Positions 9,219 through 22,685 of a stretch of 64,000 bases of DNA are shown here, in pieces. The position numbers and the translations under genes were made by a program. Every line of letters starts with the position of its first letter. Within the stretch, counting starts at the first letter, position 1. The DNA is from Harriotta raleighana (lineage: Eukaryota), in assembly GCA_050575255.1 (NCBI GenBank), contig JBNZDD010013498.1, positions 528,319 to 592,318 of the forward strand, in the 5' to 3' direction. The notes under the pieces are model-generated. The model was not told the origin of the DNA and did no database searches. It worked only from the letters and a program-made list of their open reading frames with translations.

Positions 9219-12200
9219 TGAATCAAATGAGCACTGTCTCATTTGTAAGAGCTGAACACAATGATTCTGTTCGTATGAAAAAGATGTGTCAAATGCACTA
9301 GAATTGTACATGATCGAGCATGGGAAATGATTTTAGATGGAATGAGGTATTTGGATCAGATTATGTTTGATCAGATAATTGTGCATCTGGAGTCAGCTCT
9401 ATTTACAACATGACTTCACTTGCCAAACTCAAGTATTTAATGGGGCCATGTCATTATTATTCTCAGCTTTGTTTATATACTTGTTTATGTAACATTTTGA
9501 CATCAATACATTTACAGCGCTGCCAGTCTGGGAGTCTGCCGGGGTTTTATTTTACGTAATTATGATTTTTTTTGACCATTTCAATAGTGCAGCCCTTTAA
9601 AGTGAAAGCAGCCAGAATGTAGGAAAGTGTAAAATGTTGTACATAAAAGGATTAGTTTTATCGGATCAATTGCATTTTCCAGATCCTGACCACCAGATTT
9701 CAGCTTCTCCGAACATGGAGACTGAAAACAAAAAGGCTGTGAGCAGACTGAGACTGTGTCTCTCCCATCAGGAAATTTACTCAGATGCATCCATGCTGTT
9801 AAGCCAGACTTTGACTCCTCTCTCCACCTCCCACAAGACCGTCAGGAATCTGAGAGTCAGACTCTCCCACACGAGAGGAACTCAAATGCATACCCACTCC
9901 CCCAACCCAACCCCCACACACCAACTATAACAAGATCAGGCAGAGATTGCTTTTTCCCCCTTCTTATCTCCAGGGAACAATAACAGAAAAGAAATCAAAA
10001 AAACAACTTGATTCACAACCTTCCCTGGTGCCAGCTATTGTTTGTCATCAGCGAGTTGAGAAGGGAGCTTTATGATGTGAGATAGAGTATAGCAGCAAAA
10101 GGTGGGTTGTGATTAGAACCAGGAAATTGTACTTATGTTGCACCATATTTTAGAGGGAACAGGCACCTAAACAATAAAAAAAGTATTAAAAATATGCAGT
10201 CTGAATTTACCCCCCAAATTGTGAGTTTTTGGGATATCTGAATTTTGTTCCAGTCTGCAATATTTATTTTACTTAAAGTGATTTGACCTTGGAATTTGGC
10301 TACCTACTCAAAATACCAACATTTATTGCTTTTACATATCAAATGAAGTGACCCTGTTAAATGTGACATATTTACTGATTCAAAAACCATGTGGATAGTT
10401 AAACATCAGGTTGAGCAGAAAGTAGTGGGTTTAGGCAGCGAGTAGCTAAATCATCCGGACGAGAGATCCTGTCTGCAATGTCTGATGCCCTGAGTTACTG
10501 GTGTGCAATGTACAACAACTGTATGTAAATTTGTTCAATAGTCAACAGGGAGTCATATGCATGTATGTCCTGCTCTCCAGACCTCTCTGTTTTGTTCACT
10601 GAAAGCATAACACAAGCTCATCAGTCCAGCTTCAGTGGTTTAGCCTCCCACTGCTTGTATGTGGATTAATCTTTAATCTCAGACCCACACCTTAGGCAGT
10701 GGGAGTGGGGTCAGACATTTGCTGAGTTTGGACACTATTGAAATCTTGTTTGCACAAGGTCCATTGACAGAGGTTGAATGTGATCGATCCATATTACCTC
10801 TCAATCACCGGTTTGTTTGGGGACTGTTTACAATGTTGTGGTACAAGAAAATCCATCAAGAGTCTAGGTTTAGTGTGGAGACATGTCTATAGATCATCAG
10901 TGAACAAAGGAGTCATTGCAGAGTATGGCAAAGAATATCAACTTGTTCCAGTACGGATGGTTGTTTTATGCTCAAAAGGTGTAGTCATGGTGCTCAATTA
11001 ATTTCAATTCATTAATTTAAACTTGATTCAGTTCATGAACACTTAACTAATGAACTAAATTTCAAGCCCCTGCCCCTCTATCTCCAGTTATGGAAGTAAA
11101 TATACTCTAGGTTCAAATTTGTAATGTGTTTCATTTCCCCTTTTATACTGCATTTAGAATTTCATCTCCAACATGATAATTCCAGATTTGGCAGTTATAG
11201 TGTTTGCAAAATGGATCCTTTTTTTTCATTTTCAATGTAAAATTAGATATGTGTATTTTTAAGTTGACAGTCCTATGTCTCTCCACACATCTGGAAACCG
11301 TAAGATTAGATTTTAAAAATGGTATATTTTACTTGCCAAACGACAAAAACACATACTAAAAAGGTAATGCATTCTAGACCCAATATTGTGAAAATAACAA
11401 GACAAAATAACAATAACAATAGGTTATTTGAACAGAGAATTGATATTTGAGGCAACTTAAACTCTCTGTCCCTTGAGCAGCAAAGGTGTTGCGGTCAACA
11501 ACAACAGAATTGAGAACAACACAGAGGAATGAGTGTTCATTAATGATTCATCATCTGAATACTTTTAAATATGAGTTATTAAAAGATATTGGAACATATC
11601 AAAATAAAACAAACAGTAGAATTGGCTTCTGTTTGATTCCTCATTATGTAAATACTTTCATTAAATCATCACCAGGAGCAAATGGAAAGTTTTATATCAC
11701 ATTAAATAACCCATTAAAAGTTTAAAGGAAATTTTTAATTGTTCATCATCTCCCTATAATAGCAATTATCTTGGCACCGGTGTCACATTTTGTTGAGAGA
11801 TTTGGCTGAATATTGAGTAAATCATATATTGTGAAATGGCCTAATTCACTCTCATCATCTCTTGAACAGAGTCATTCATCTAGCACGCTGACTCAGTGAA
11901 TCATGAGATTAAATGACAAATTTCAACCCCTTAACTGTCAAAACAAATCGAGCCTAGCAGAGAAATTACTTGGAGATAATTCTGCATGAGATTGAGATCA
12001 AACTACTGTATATTGTAGAACTTGCTTGCAATGCAAATGGGAGTTGGAGCGTTCTTAGCATGTTAAAAGAGTTTCAGTTCAGTAAGCTCATATTTGTAGG
12101 GTTTCTTGAGGGACATGAATGCAATGTATACATTGGTGGCAAAATGAAAGCAGTGTATCTTTAAAAATAATAAACTACTCTATATTACAAAGGCTACAAA

Positions 12201-12307
12201 TTCGTGAAATGGATTAATGGTAAAATGTATGTATAAATCTGTTGTACATAAATTTCACCAATGCCACAACCATGTTATAAGTCTGTATAAGACTGTATAC
12301 ATACATG

Positions 12308-12421
12308 ATTTTGCCCAGAAGAATGCAGTCAATTCACTTTACAGTATATTCTCTGAAGTGCTTTGAGACATCTGGAAGACGTGATAACCACTATATCAAA
12401 TACAAGGATTATCATTATTAT
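12308..12421 (+). mobile_element. SINE family A 3' tail
   Basis: cagtcaattcactttacagtatattct...caaggattatcattatta. Confidence 0.85.
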
Positions 12422-13531
12422 GGTTGAAATCTGAGGCATTTCACATCATAATATGCATTCAACGTGATTATAACATTGAATTCACCACAAAAATCACAAA
12501 TTTCACCCCATATTCTACTGGTGGATGAGATTAACGATTATACAGTACTCTGTTTTCACTATTTTTTAAAACAAAATTGAAGGTAATGCCATAATATTGA
12601 TCACGTTCTCTTTACTTCCAGGTCACTTCTCATTTCTCCATCTCTTCGTGTTGCTTTGCCTCTGATTCTACCCTTTCTTTCATCCACAAAAGGATAGAGT
12701 GAAGGTAAGAGTTAAATATGTTAGATTTTGGAGTCTCAGTTTAGAATGTGTTTTAACCAAAGGCAATTGACGTGAAACCAAAATCCCAGTGAAAATGTAA
12801 ATTATAACACAAAAAACATGTGGCTCTGATGCAAGAGCAAGCAATCTGTCTTGCCAGCTGAATTGAATGATTTGAACTTGTATGGGTTATCTTTCTTTAG
12901 CCTCTTGGTACTTTCAAAAGGATTTACCTCGTTTTGAATTAAGAGGACAATTATATATTTTTTCCAAAGATGAAACTGGTAATCACAATGGCAAGTTACA
13001 TTCCCCAAACATGAGTCATTGCAATCACTGCATGGAAAGTGGCCAGGCAGAAAATATACTTATTTATTCATCAGAACACATTTTGAAGGGGTGGCCGCAA
13101 GAAGATGGAGAAGTTTTTGTTTGTACTGGGTCAGTAGCAATGTTACTGTGCTAAGCAAGCAAACACACAGTTGGAACATGTAGACAGCTTCTGCCTTCTT
13201 AAAATAAATGTGACATGATATTGAGCATTTTCTCCAAGAAAGAAGAATGATCTAGTTATAGCAATTTAATAAACTTTTTTTGTGTTAGCACAACAAAGGC
13301 TTGCGCTGCAGATGGTGCTACATTCAAGAGCAATTTTCAGAGTTGTCCAAGGAGCAAATAACAAAAAAGTGACCTCAAACGATGGGATGTGGAGCAGAAA
13401 ATCAAACTACTGCAGGACACAGCAACAGACCTAATGGCGGGTGAGTCAAAAGTTGCATTGGCATGAACCAGAAAGCAAATCATGGGATCCTGGTCAATGA
13501 ATGCTGTGTGGTCTATAAAGACCGAAAGAAA

Positions 13532-13797
13532 TTGTAGCTCAGTGGTTCGAACACTCGTCTTATAAGCGTGAGACCTGTGTTCAAATCCAGGCAGGTTGTG
13601 GCGAAACCTTGGGCAGGTTTCCTTACTCTACACTCCTAATAATAATCCATCAAAAAAAACTAGAATAAATTGGTAATTTCAATCCACGACTACTTGTGGT
13701 TGCTGCTGTGCGCAATTGGCTGCTGCGTTTTGCCCACATATATACAGTCAATTCACTTTACAGTATATTCTGTGAAGCGCTTTGAGATGTCTAGAAG
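13532..13797 (+). mobile_element. SINE family A, near full length
   Basis: tgtagctcagtggtt...gttcaaatccaggcagg...ctgctgtgcgcaattggctgc...gaagcgctttgag. Confidence 0.9.
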
Positions 13798-15082
13798 CTC
13801 TATTAACCCAAACCTCTATTTTTTAAAGTCGATTGTGATCTTTTGAAATTAAGGTCACAAGTCTTGATGCCCACAAAATAAAAGCCATGAATGTGGCCCT
13901 ACATCCACGACCTTCCATTGGTGGTGTCAATATTTGACTTGACGTTTTTTTCACTATGAGCACCCCTACAGATCAGTTTTAAGAAGTCAATTGTAGAGAC
14001 AGATAAATGGAATAACGTTTCTTATTCTTTCTCAAGTGTGTCCAGCTCTCCGTGTTATTTAGATCTTGTTCAGGAAACTCTCGGAGTGTTTTATTCCCTC
14101 CTGCTGTTCAGATGCGATAACCTAGGAATTCAGCTTGCTTCATTAAGTGACACACACCTTCTGTTTCACATCTATTTCCATTATCCCAACAAACCAGGAA
14201 ATTCTTTTCTCTTAAAGCAACGCATGAAATGTCTAAGGTGATCAGCCAATGCAAAGTAGACATGCCCGAACATTTATGAAAACGAACATTGTGGATAGTA
14301 GCAGCATAAATATTTTGTACAAATCGATTTAATTGTAGAAGATTTTGTTGAATGTTGGTGTGATAGCATCACATTCGTTCATCAGTTTCTGTCAACCTAG
14401 AATCTGACATCAGATACAGGTATTACAAAAATACCAAGAACTGCAATTTAAAGCTACAAAAACAAGCAGTAAGTAGTATTATGAGAACAGCCATTATACA
14501 TTCCAGGGTGGTCAGAAGCTATGTTTACATGACATCAACTCCACAGTACACAGGGTCATGTAAATGTTGGTTGTGTTGTTACAGCAGTGTAGCGAGAGAA
14601 GGAAAATAATTTCTGCACAAACAAGAGGAGAACATATGGTACATTATGGTGGGAAAGGGGGAAAATGAATAGTCGGAGCATGAAGGGAGCAGGAGAAAAA
14701 TATGGGAACATTTTATTACCAGGTTGAGTTAACAATTTGTTTCATTACCTTACCACCCCAAACCCCCGCTTTCCTCCTCTGCCAATTTTCATCTCTAACC
14801 TCTTCTGTCTGGAAGGTGGTGAGGTATGGTCTCAAAATGCACGCTCAAGTGATGGGATTTACATCTGGAGAAAGTTGTTACTATGGAAACAATCTAGAGT
14901 GTTCACAGGGTATTGCACAGCCTATACCACTACTGTAATTGATGAGCAGTTTAATGGGGTTACTTTAAGTGATCAGTGATGCCCTGCTGGCTATATGGTG
15001 GCATTCAAGTCAAGAAAAGCTCTGAACAGCAATTGATCACATCAGTGTGTTTGCATGTGCAGCCAGTCATGTACTGAGAAAC

Positions 15083-15305
15083 ATAAGAATAATCCTTGCA
15101 TTTAATATAGTGCTTTTCACATCTTCTAGACATCTCAAAACGCTTCACAGAATATATTGTAAAGTGAATTGACTGTACGCTTGTGGACGAAACGAGGCAG
15201 CCAAATGCTGTCGCACAAACAGTCGTGGATTGAAATGACCAATTTTTAAATTTTTGGGGGGGAGGGATTATTATTAGGCGTGTGGAGTAAGCAAACCTGC
15301 CCAGA
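15083..15305 (-). mobile_element. SINE family A without its tRNA head
   Basis: Reverse complement of the tail and body up to aaacctgccca. Confidence 0.85.
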
Positions 15306-17265
15306 GACTGTAGATTACATTTTGGAGACCCACAAGAACTTAACATGAACCGAAATGCATCATGCAGTTACTCTACCTCTAAATGTGTCTGTTGAGCATT
15401 GTGGGGTAGGTTTTCTTTTCTGAGTACAATTTCCTCCAAAATGCGGCTTCAAATGCTAAAGATGTCGTCAAGTGAACTGTTTACAATACAAGTGTGGATC
15501 GTGAAGCTGCAACACGTCTTTTTTTCTTCTTTCTGGATTCACATGTGGTTCACTGGCTTCATTTTGATGACCTCTGGTTTGATGGTAAATTGATGAGAAC
15601 CACATGTGTATGCATGCACACATAACACAAACACTGGCATATCAATCTAAACTGCAGTTACAGGAGACAAAGATTTATCACTGCCAACACAAGACCCTCA
15701 GTTGCTGAATTGAGCTGTAACTGGTTTACAAGCACTGCACTAAATGCCGCATTTGAAAGTTATTAATTAACAGAGGAAGAAATTGTATGCATTATTAAGC
15801 TTGGGTATTTGTTGCCTCTGGCAGTCTACTCCTGCAGAGATGAACAGTTGTCTCAGCCTCCTCTAAGGTGTTGCAAGGATTCATCTTTAGTTTTGACAAT
15901 AAAATGAATATGGGTTTAAGATTGAGGTGCAAACAATCTGAATACAAATAGAAAACCGGGGTCTGAATATGGGAACAGATTTGACATTTTTTCCCATTAC
16001 TAATGGAATGTGATTTGAATAATAATAATACTGTTACACTGACTGTCTGCATTGTCTTGCTTCATGTCGCATATGAAATTTAAATTACTGTCCTCTCCGC
16101 AGTGTGATCTTGATATATATTATTTATTCTCATGGTCTCTGGAACAGAAAATTCTATGATATGAGGTTGCAGTACATGGGAAAATTTTCCGTTCAGCAAG
16201 GTTGGAGCCTTAAAATAGAATTGTATAAAGATTTAAATAGTGTTGCCTCAATTCTGAAATCCAATCTGTACCATTGGAATTAGGATTTAGTGATAAATCA
16301 CAGTTTTGTTTCACTTTATTACATTTTTTTCATTGAGGCGACCGCAAAGCCCCACTATGAATTAAAATGACCTTCACTTAGTTAATAGATTCTGGTCAGG
16401 TAGTGAGTTTACTGATTAGATTATAAACTGCTTAATTATGACACTCAAATGTAAATGCCCTGGTTGGAAAAATGACAAACACTGCAGCTTTTTATTTTTA
16501 ATCTGGGCCTTTGGGAAAGAACCGTAAAGATAGAACCGGACAGATCATGAATGATTAAATTGTTGCAGTGTTATAAACCTTACACTGCCTTTCTCCTTGT
16601 TAAAAAGACTGTTTAAAGCAACTAACTATTAAATTCAGGCCCGCATCTATCCAGTCAGCAGATGATCTTTATTTATTGGACTGTTTGATCTACTCTATTT
16701 GTTCTTTTACGATGATCACATAAAACATCTGTCAAGTGGTATGTGATCAATATGAGAAGATCAATTGAAAAACTTGGGAGGTTTAGTGCCAAGCAACGTG
16801 AAGATGTGTTGCAGAGATAAGATTTTAACCTTATTTTTCAATAAAACCAAATGAAGTGGATAATACAAAAGAAGGGTGCTTATTACAGAAAAAAAGAGTC
16901 AAATGTGACACGAGTATCAACCTTCAAGCAGAGAATAAACTTATCCATTAAAAGAGAAGCTGAAGGAATTCCCTGTGGATTACAGTGCTATTACCAGCAC
17001 TTTGTAATGGTAGACACGGCAAATATAAAGCACAGCAGGGTAATATATGTGCATATTTTCAATTATCGCAAACTGTGCTCGAATAATCCACTCAAATAAT
17101 TATATAGTTTTAAAAAAGCACAATAGAGCAAGAAACCTGATAGATTAGTTCAGGTTTCCGCTGGCAGGCTTATATGTGAGGAGTATAGGTACTCTGATGT
17201 AAAACCGTGTGAAAATAATGTCATCGTTACATTTGTGTTTTTCAAACAAGCTGCATGGCAGAAAT

Positions 17266-17610
17266 TTCCCCCAATGACTGAGCTGGTAAAGTCTTTGCCC
17301 AGTGAGAATCCAATCCAATCTGATCCAAAAAGTCGCAGATTCCATCACTGATCAGCAATAAATTAACTGATCTCAGGTGGGGTGAATGTAATCAACATCT
17401 GCCTCTTGAGGAAAGGAAAACACAGCCAGGGTTCCTAGCCTTGTTTGCTAGTCAGGATTTCCTGCTGGGATGTGAAGACAGAATTGAACTGGACTGTGAA
17501 TCTATCCCATCCTAGCCTGGTATTGCATGATTGAAGATTGATAAATGAGCAAGATACTCAAACTGACACATAGAACTGTACCCAGAATATATGAGTAGCT
17601 TCAGGACTTC
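17266..17610 (+). mobile_element. Ancient AmnSINE2-like SINE
   Basis: ctgagctggtaaa...aactgatctcag...ggaaaacacagccagggttcct...cctgctgg...gaactgtacccag blocks. Confidence 0.6.
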
Positions 17611-17884
17611 ATGGGCGGCCTGCGTGAAAATTGATTGCATAATGGGGTTTTAGAAGGGACAGAGCAACAGTCTGGCATGTGTGTTCATGATGTTCCTTCA
17701 GAGAAAAGAATGGGTTCTTCAAACGGAGAAACAAAGTAATAAATAAAGCCAGGATTCTTCAAACACCATAACAAAAAAAAGTCACCCAAATTGTTTAAGT
17801 GAACCAAAGGCCCATTTTTTGAAAAGCATGATGCACCACATTACCACATTACATTCTGCCCAATGTGTTTCAACAGTAGGGTTA

Positions 17885-18402
17885 TCATAGAATCATAGAA
17901 TCATAGAAGGTTACTGCACAGAAGGAGGCCGTTCGGCCCATCGAGTCTGTGCCGGCTCTTTGACAGAGCAATGTCACTTTTATTAACTCCAATCACCAGC
18001 TTTCTCCCCATAACCTTGCAAGCCCGTCTTCCCCAGATACCTATCCAGTTCTCTCTTAAAAGCTGCTATCGAATCGGACCTCACTACTCTTTCAGGCAGA
18101 TCATTCCAAATTCGAACAACTCGCTGAGTGAAAAAATTTCTTCTAACCTCCCCTCTGCTTCTTTTGGTAGATATCTTAAGACTGTGACCACGGGTTACAG
18201 ACACACCTACCAGCGGAAACAGCTTTTCCCTATCTAGCCTGTCGAAACCTTTCATGATCTTGAAGACCTCTATCAGGTCCCCACGTAACCTTCTCTGCTC
18301 TAATGGGAAAAATCCTAACTTCTCCAGCCTGTCCTCATAGCTAAGGTTCCCCATTCCTGGAATCATTCTCATGAATCGCCTCTGCACCCTTTCCAATGCC
18401 TT
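17885..18402 (-). mobile_element. CR1 LINE, 5'-truncated
   Basis: ORF 17983-18471 contains KALERVQRRFMRMIPG...RRLRGDLIEVFKIMKG...FFTQRVVRIWN; (ATTCTATG)n tail at 17885-17908. Confidence 0.95.
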
Positions 18403-19329
18403 ATAAAATCCTTTGATTGCCCTACATTTCCACACAATCAGGATGGTCAAGAAAGTGTCAGATAAAGGCACTTAATCAGCCTAAAGTGTGAGAAATCTAC
18501 TCACTTCACATTAATTTCAAGCAGATTTATACAACTTTTGTAGATTTTGGTGTGTTAATGAGTGATACAATAGATAATGCAGTAAATCTTTGATTTGATC
18601 CTTGATAGTCACACATTGGTGCCTGTTGACCTTCTAATCACTTTGTCTTATTCAGAATGTAAATAGGTGATGTAGGTGTTATCTTCATTCTCATTCTTTC
18701 ATTGATGTAAAAGGAACATAGTCTCCAGATGCCTTGCATGTATTGAATTTCATTTCAAGCAGAATATTGCAGGTAAGTTTACTATTAATGAGACTAATGG
18801 ATTAGCTAGAAAAAGGTTTGGTATCAAAACAGGAGGTGTTCAAACTAATTAACCTGTCATTCCCTGCTTGAGCACAGAAACTTACCACATTCAATATAGA
18901 TTTAGCCTTCATTAAATGAATATGAAATGTGTTTGGAGCCAGTCACATTGCACCTTAGTCCAATGAGACTGACCTCCTTATAGTTCTTAAGCATGTGAAA
19001 CACTCTGGATGCTTCATCTACATACAGATCAATCGGGATTTGATCCTCATACAGAAAAAAAATGTTTCAGTGGACTGAAATGAAATTATGAAGTGTTTTC
19101 TGTAATAATTTTGGTATGTCCAATATTTTGTCATTCTAGAACTGATTGAACACGCACAGATATTCGGAAGGATAAAATATAGCCAAGGTAAGGATCATTA
19201 TTATTATCAAATGCAAGGATTACTATTATTACTGCACAATGCTCCGTCATGGGTTTGAATGACATTCAAGACAAGGAGCCACAAACCAATGGCATTTTTT
19301 TCTTTTTGTGTAGCTCTAATAGCCTTCTT

Positions 19330-19615
19330 TCATCTCCAAAAGGATACTGATTAATGCTTGGTTATAGTTCCATCGCCACTGTCTTAAAGTATCCACCTTG
19401 CGACCATTTATCATCAATAGGCTATTTGACCCAATTCTGAGCTCACTTGACGTATTGCATGTTTCAATTAGGTCATTGGAAAGCAATCATGGGGGTGGAA
19501 ATTTTGGCTGATTTTTTCCCCTATTTTGGCTTGGGTGTGAAGCCTATTGCTGTATATCACTTCTACTCTCCCCTAGCTGAGATCTGTTTACTCAGACCTG
19601 GGAGCTTCATGAGCC
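19330..19615 (-). mobile_element. Ancient AmnSINE2-like SINE
   Basis: Minus strand reads gatctcagctagggg...ggggaaaaaatcagcca...tgattgctttccaatgacc...gtcaaatagcct. Confidence 0.55.
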
Positions 19616-20639
19616 AATTGACTTAGTTACACTCATAACTCTTCCCACCCAGCATTCAAGGAAGGGAAAGCTAAAGAACAGTGAGTTTAATTATTTCTTG
19701 ACTGAGCTTTCTGTTTGAATGCCTTGAGGTACAAAACCATCTATCTCATCACAAAGGGAGTAAAACCTGATCATACACCTTGTTCATAGAAAGCACTTCT
19801 TCAGCTTTTAGTGAGTAGCATCAGAAGTTGAGAGGAAGCGAGCAACATGTTAATCTATCCTGCTACTGGAGGGATTGACAGCCACGGGGGAGATGAAGAG
19901 ATAAGCTGGGATAAAACACTTGTTTTCTCTTGTTGTCGGCTATTTTTGTCATGCATCATCCACTAGCTCGAAGGCAAGAACAGTCCATGGTGACTGTGGA
20001 TTTCTTTTGGACCACTGGTAATACCACTGACAGGATGCCTGATTCAAGCAGGATAAGTCAGATAATGTCAATCCTCTTCCATCCCCAACCCCATCATCCC
20101 CCTGGAGATGAGATGCCTCGTTCAGCAGATGAGCTGACAACTGACACGCACCCAACTGAGACCGGCAGGCAGGCCTGATTGACGGGCAGCCTTGGGATTC
20201 AGACTCACATCCTTCAGATTGGGAGATGAACAATTAAATACACCGGCCCCTTGGGAAGCTTGTAGTTTTGTTTATAATAATGGCACAAGGAATCAATACA
20301 AAATATGAATAAAACCAATACCTACCTGAAAGTAACAGAACCTTCGGGAAAAAAAAAAAGACGGTGAAAAGAATTTAACCGGTGAAGAAAATGGGGGAAG
20401 GAAACAGCGTCTCAGAAGAAGTGGGTTTTATTTTCAATTAGCAAGTTAGCAACAACTGTAAATCTACCTGCGTATTTTCCTCTACTTGCTACAAGCAACA
20501 CATTCAAACATTCAAATAGCTGCCTGGTAATAATTGTGCTGGACTATCTCGAACACATTAACTGGGGATTTGAGTGCAATTTTTAGTTGCAAATGCCTCC
20601 ACTGTTGATCAAATCAATCATATTTGACTGGAGTCCTGA

Positions 20640-20835
20640 AATAAACAGCCCCCTACCCCCGCAGGCTATAAGATAAAAATTGCCCATGGTTCTTGCCTTT
20701 GACCACTATCCATTGACCTCCAGTAGAAGTGTAAGGGCATGTCAGGCTTAACTATCCGTGGCTTTCCAGGCTATTCACACACGTGAAGAATGGTCACTTT
20801 GGCAAGCTACTGAATGGCAGCCTGTGTAACTCTTT
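20640..20835 (+). mobile_element. AmnSINE2-like 3' portion
   Basis: ggttcttgcctttgaccactatccattgacc...cacacgtgaagaatggtcactttggcaag. Confidence 0.55.
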
Positions 20836-20879
20836 CCTCCTCCCTACAATCCGATAATGCTACGTAAATCATCACGTTC

Positions 20880-21075
20880 AGGAAAGGTGGCAAAATAGTA
20901 GAGAAGAGGGGAAAAAACTTGCATGGAACAGGGCCGGAGGGAAAGGTGCAGTCGAAGAGGTGAGGTTTAATTTGAAGACTGATAGAGAGAGAGAGGGGAG
21001 AGATGGAGGAGGTAGAGGGAAGGGGTTCCAGAGATTGTTGTTGGAAGGATTGGAGGGATTGAGAGGTGCAAGGAG
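20880..21075 (-). mobile_element. L2 ORF2 C-terminus and UTR fragment
   Basis: Minus ORF NLWNPFPLPPPSLPSLSLSVFKLNL resembles the L2 LWNSLP...FK..LKT end. Confidence 0.6.
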
Positions 21076-21429
21076 CAAAAACATCAGTATTCTGAATGAC
21101 ACCTGGATGATCCTGTGTTTTGCTTAGAGGCTTTTATTCAGCCGAGAAAATGCCCAAAACATTTGACAATAGTTCGGAAAGCAAAACAACAGGCCCAAAA
21201 CGTCCTTTTTACCAATATTTAGGATTGAGATTTCTTCCATTTTTTAATAGTAAATCCTAAAACTTGAGTTGCAATCTTGAAGTCCCAAATAGCCCAGTGC
21301 CCGCTTTTCAAATTAAGTATTTTAGACCTCAATACATCACATTTGACAGCATACACCGGATTACTGCTATTTAAACAATCCGGTTTGATTTTGTTCAAAC
21401 GTGAAGTAGAAAGTTGGACACACTGAAAA

Positions 21430-21515
21430 TATCAAATGAACATAGCTACGCTGGAAATCTACAACAGGTCAGAAGGCATCTGAAAGAGAGCAAAGTCCTA
21501 ATGTTACAGGCCTGG
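21430..21515. mobile_element. Fragment of a common shark repeat (probably Penelope-associated)
   Basis: gctggaaatctacaacaggtcagaaggcatctgaaagagag...taatgttacagg resembles a shark repeat I recall as gctggaaatactcagcaggtcaggcagcatctgtggagaga. Confidence 0.4.
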
Positions 21516-22491
21516 CTGGTTCTTCCTTCCTGTTTTTATTATTTGTTGAAATCGATTAAGAAGAACTGAGTTACAAAAATACTGAAACATTCACTCTGTG
21601 TGCGACTAATAAACTTGAAATCTTTTGTTTTCGTGCACTCGCACTGTGAATATATTGATGTTAACTGTGCACCGAAAATAGCTTGAGGAACTATTCTTTT
21701 TAATTCAAACGTCCTAATTCAAACTTGTTTGACAAAAAGTCCGGATGTGAACAGTACTAAAGAAGGCCTCTATATGTTTCTTTGGGTTTATTTTATGGGA
21801 CCCTTTTCCCTCCCCCGTGTCTGTTTAATCTGTAGAGTTAAAGCTAGGATAGCTACAAATCCTCTTGCCTTGTTAAACAAAACTTTTATGATTCAGTCTG
21901 AAAGCTTGTCGGAGTCTAGGTTTCTTTTCTCCCTTTTAATTAGATTACTTTAAAATCCATTCTATTTCCTGTTTTATGTTACCATGGGCTTTTACTATTC
22001 CATACTCAACAAATTCCAATGCGTGAACTTTAGCTCTCACTGATACGTGATGCTGTCCTGATTCTTGTCTGTAAAACATGCTTTGCTAGATTGCCTTGTG
22101 CCTTAAGACTGTGCAGAGTGGTATTCTACAGGTAATTATCCCTCCCCACCTCCCCCACCCTCACAGATTTAGTACTTTTGATCTCATCTCGCCTGCTTGG
22201 GAGGTAAAGTACTCTGCCTGAGGGAGGAGGAAACTCAGGGGGCAACACAATCCGCAGCACTCTTAATAAACCTTGCAGCAGCCATCTTAAGAGGGAACAT
22301 GGGCAGGAGTCTGGGATCAGTCATCTTTCTGGCTCTTCGTTTGGAAATGAGGCAAAGCATGAATTTGGGGGAAGGAATGTAAGGCTGGGGTCACAGACAA
22401 CTTTTAAAGAGTTCCGAAGCAAATGTGCACCATAAAATTGTACACAAAGAATGTTTCCCGCATTGTAAGAAATAATCATCCTTCTGTTTGA

Positions 22492-22568
22492 TAATAGCAC
22501 CTTATCACATTTTCAAGACCTCTCAAAGCGCTTCACGAAACACTGCAAAGTGAAGTGACTGTCAATTT
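22492..22568 (-). mobile_element. SINE family A tail fragment
   Basis: tctcaaagcgcttcacgaaacactgcaaagtgaagtgactgt. Confidence 0.7.
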
Positions 22569-22685
22569 CATTCTCCCAACCCATCTCAGCAGCACTCCCA
22601 CATCAACTCTGTTCATCACTGCACCAGCACCAATTGCAGTGCAATCCATACAACTATCTTGTATCAGACACAACCAAATAAATAG

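Noticed and set aside
13305-13319. CTCF-like GCTGCAGATGGTGCT
   Set aside because: Lacks the 5' CC and has GGT instead of GGC; weak match
14521-14529. Match to the miR-30 5' end (TGTAAACAT on the minus strand)
   Set aside because: Only 9 nt match; the rest of the mature sequence is absent
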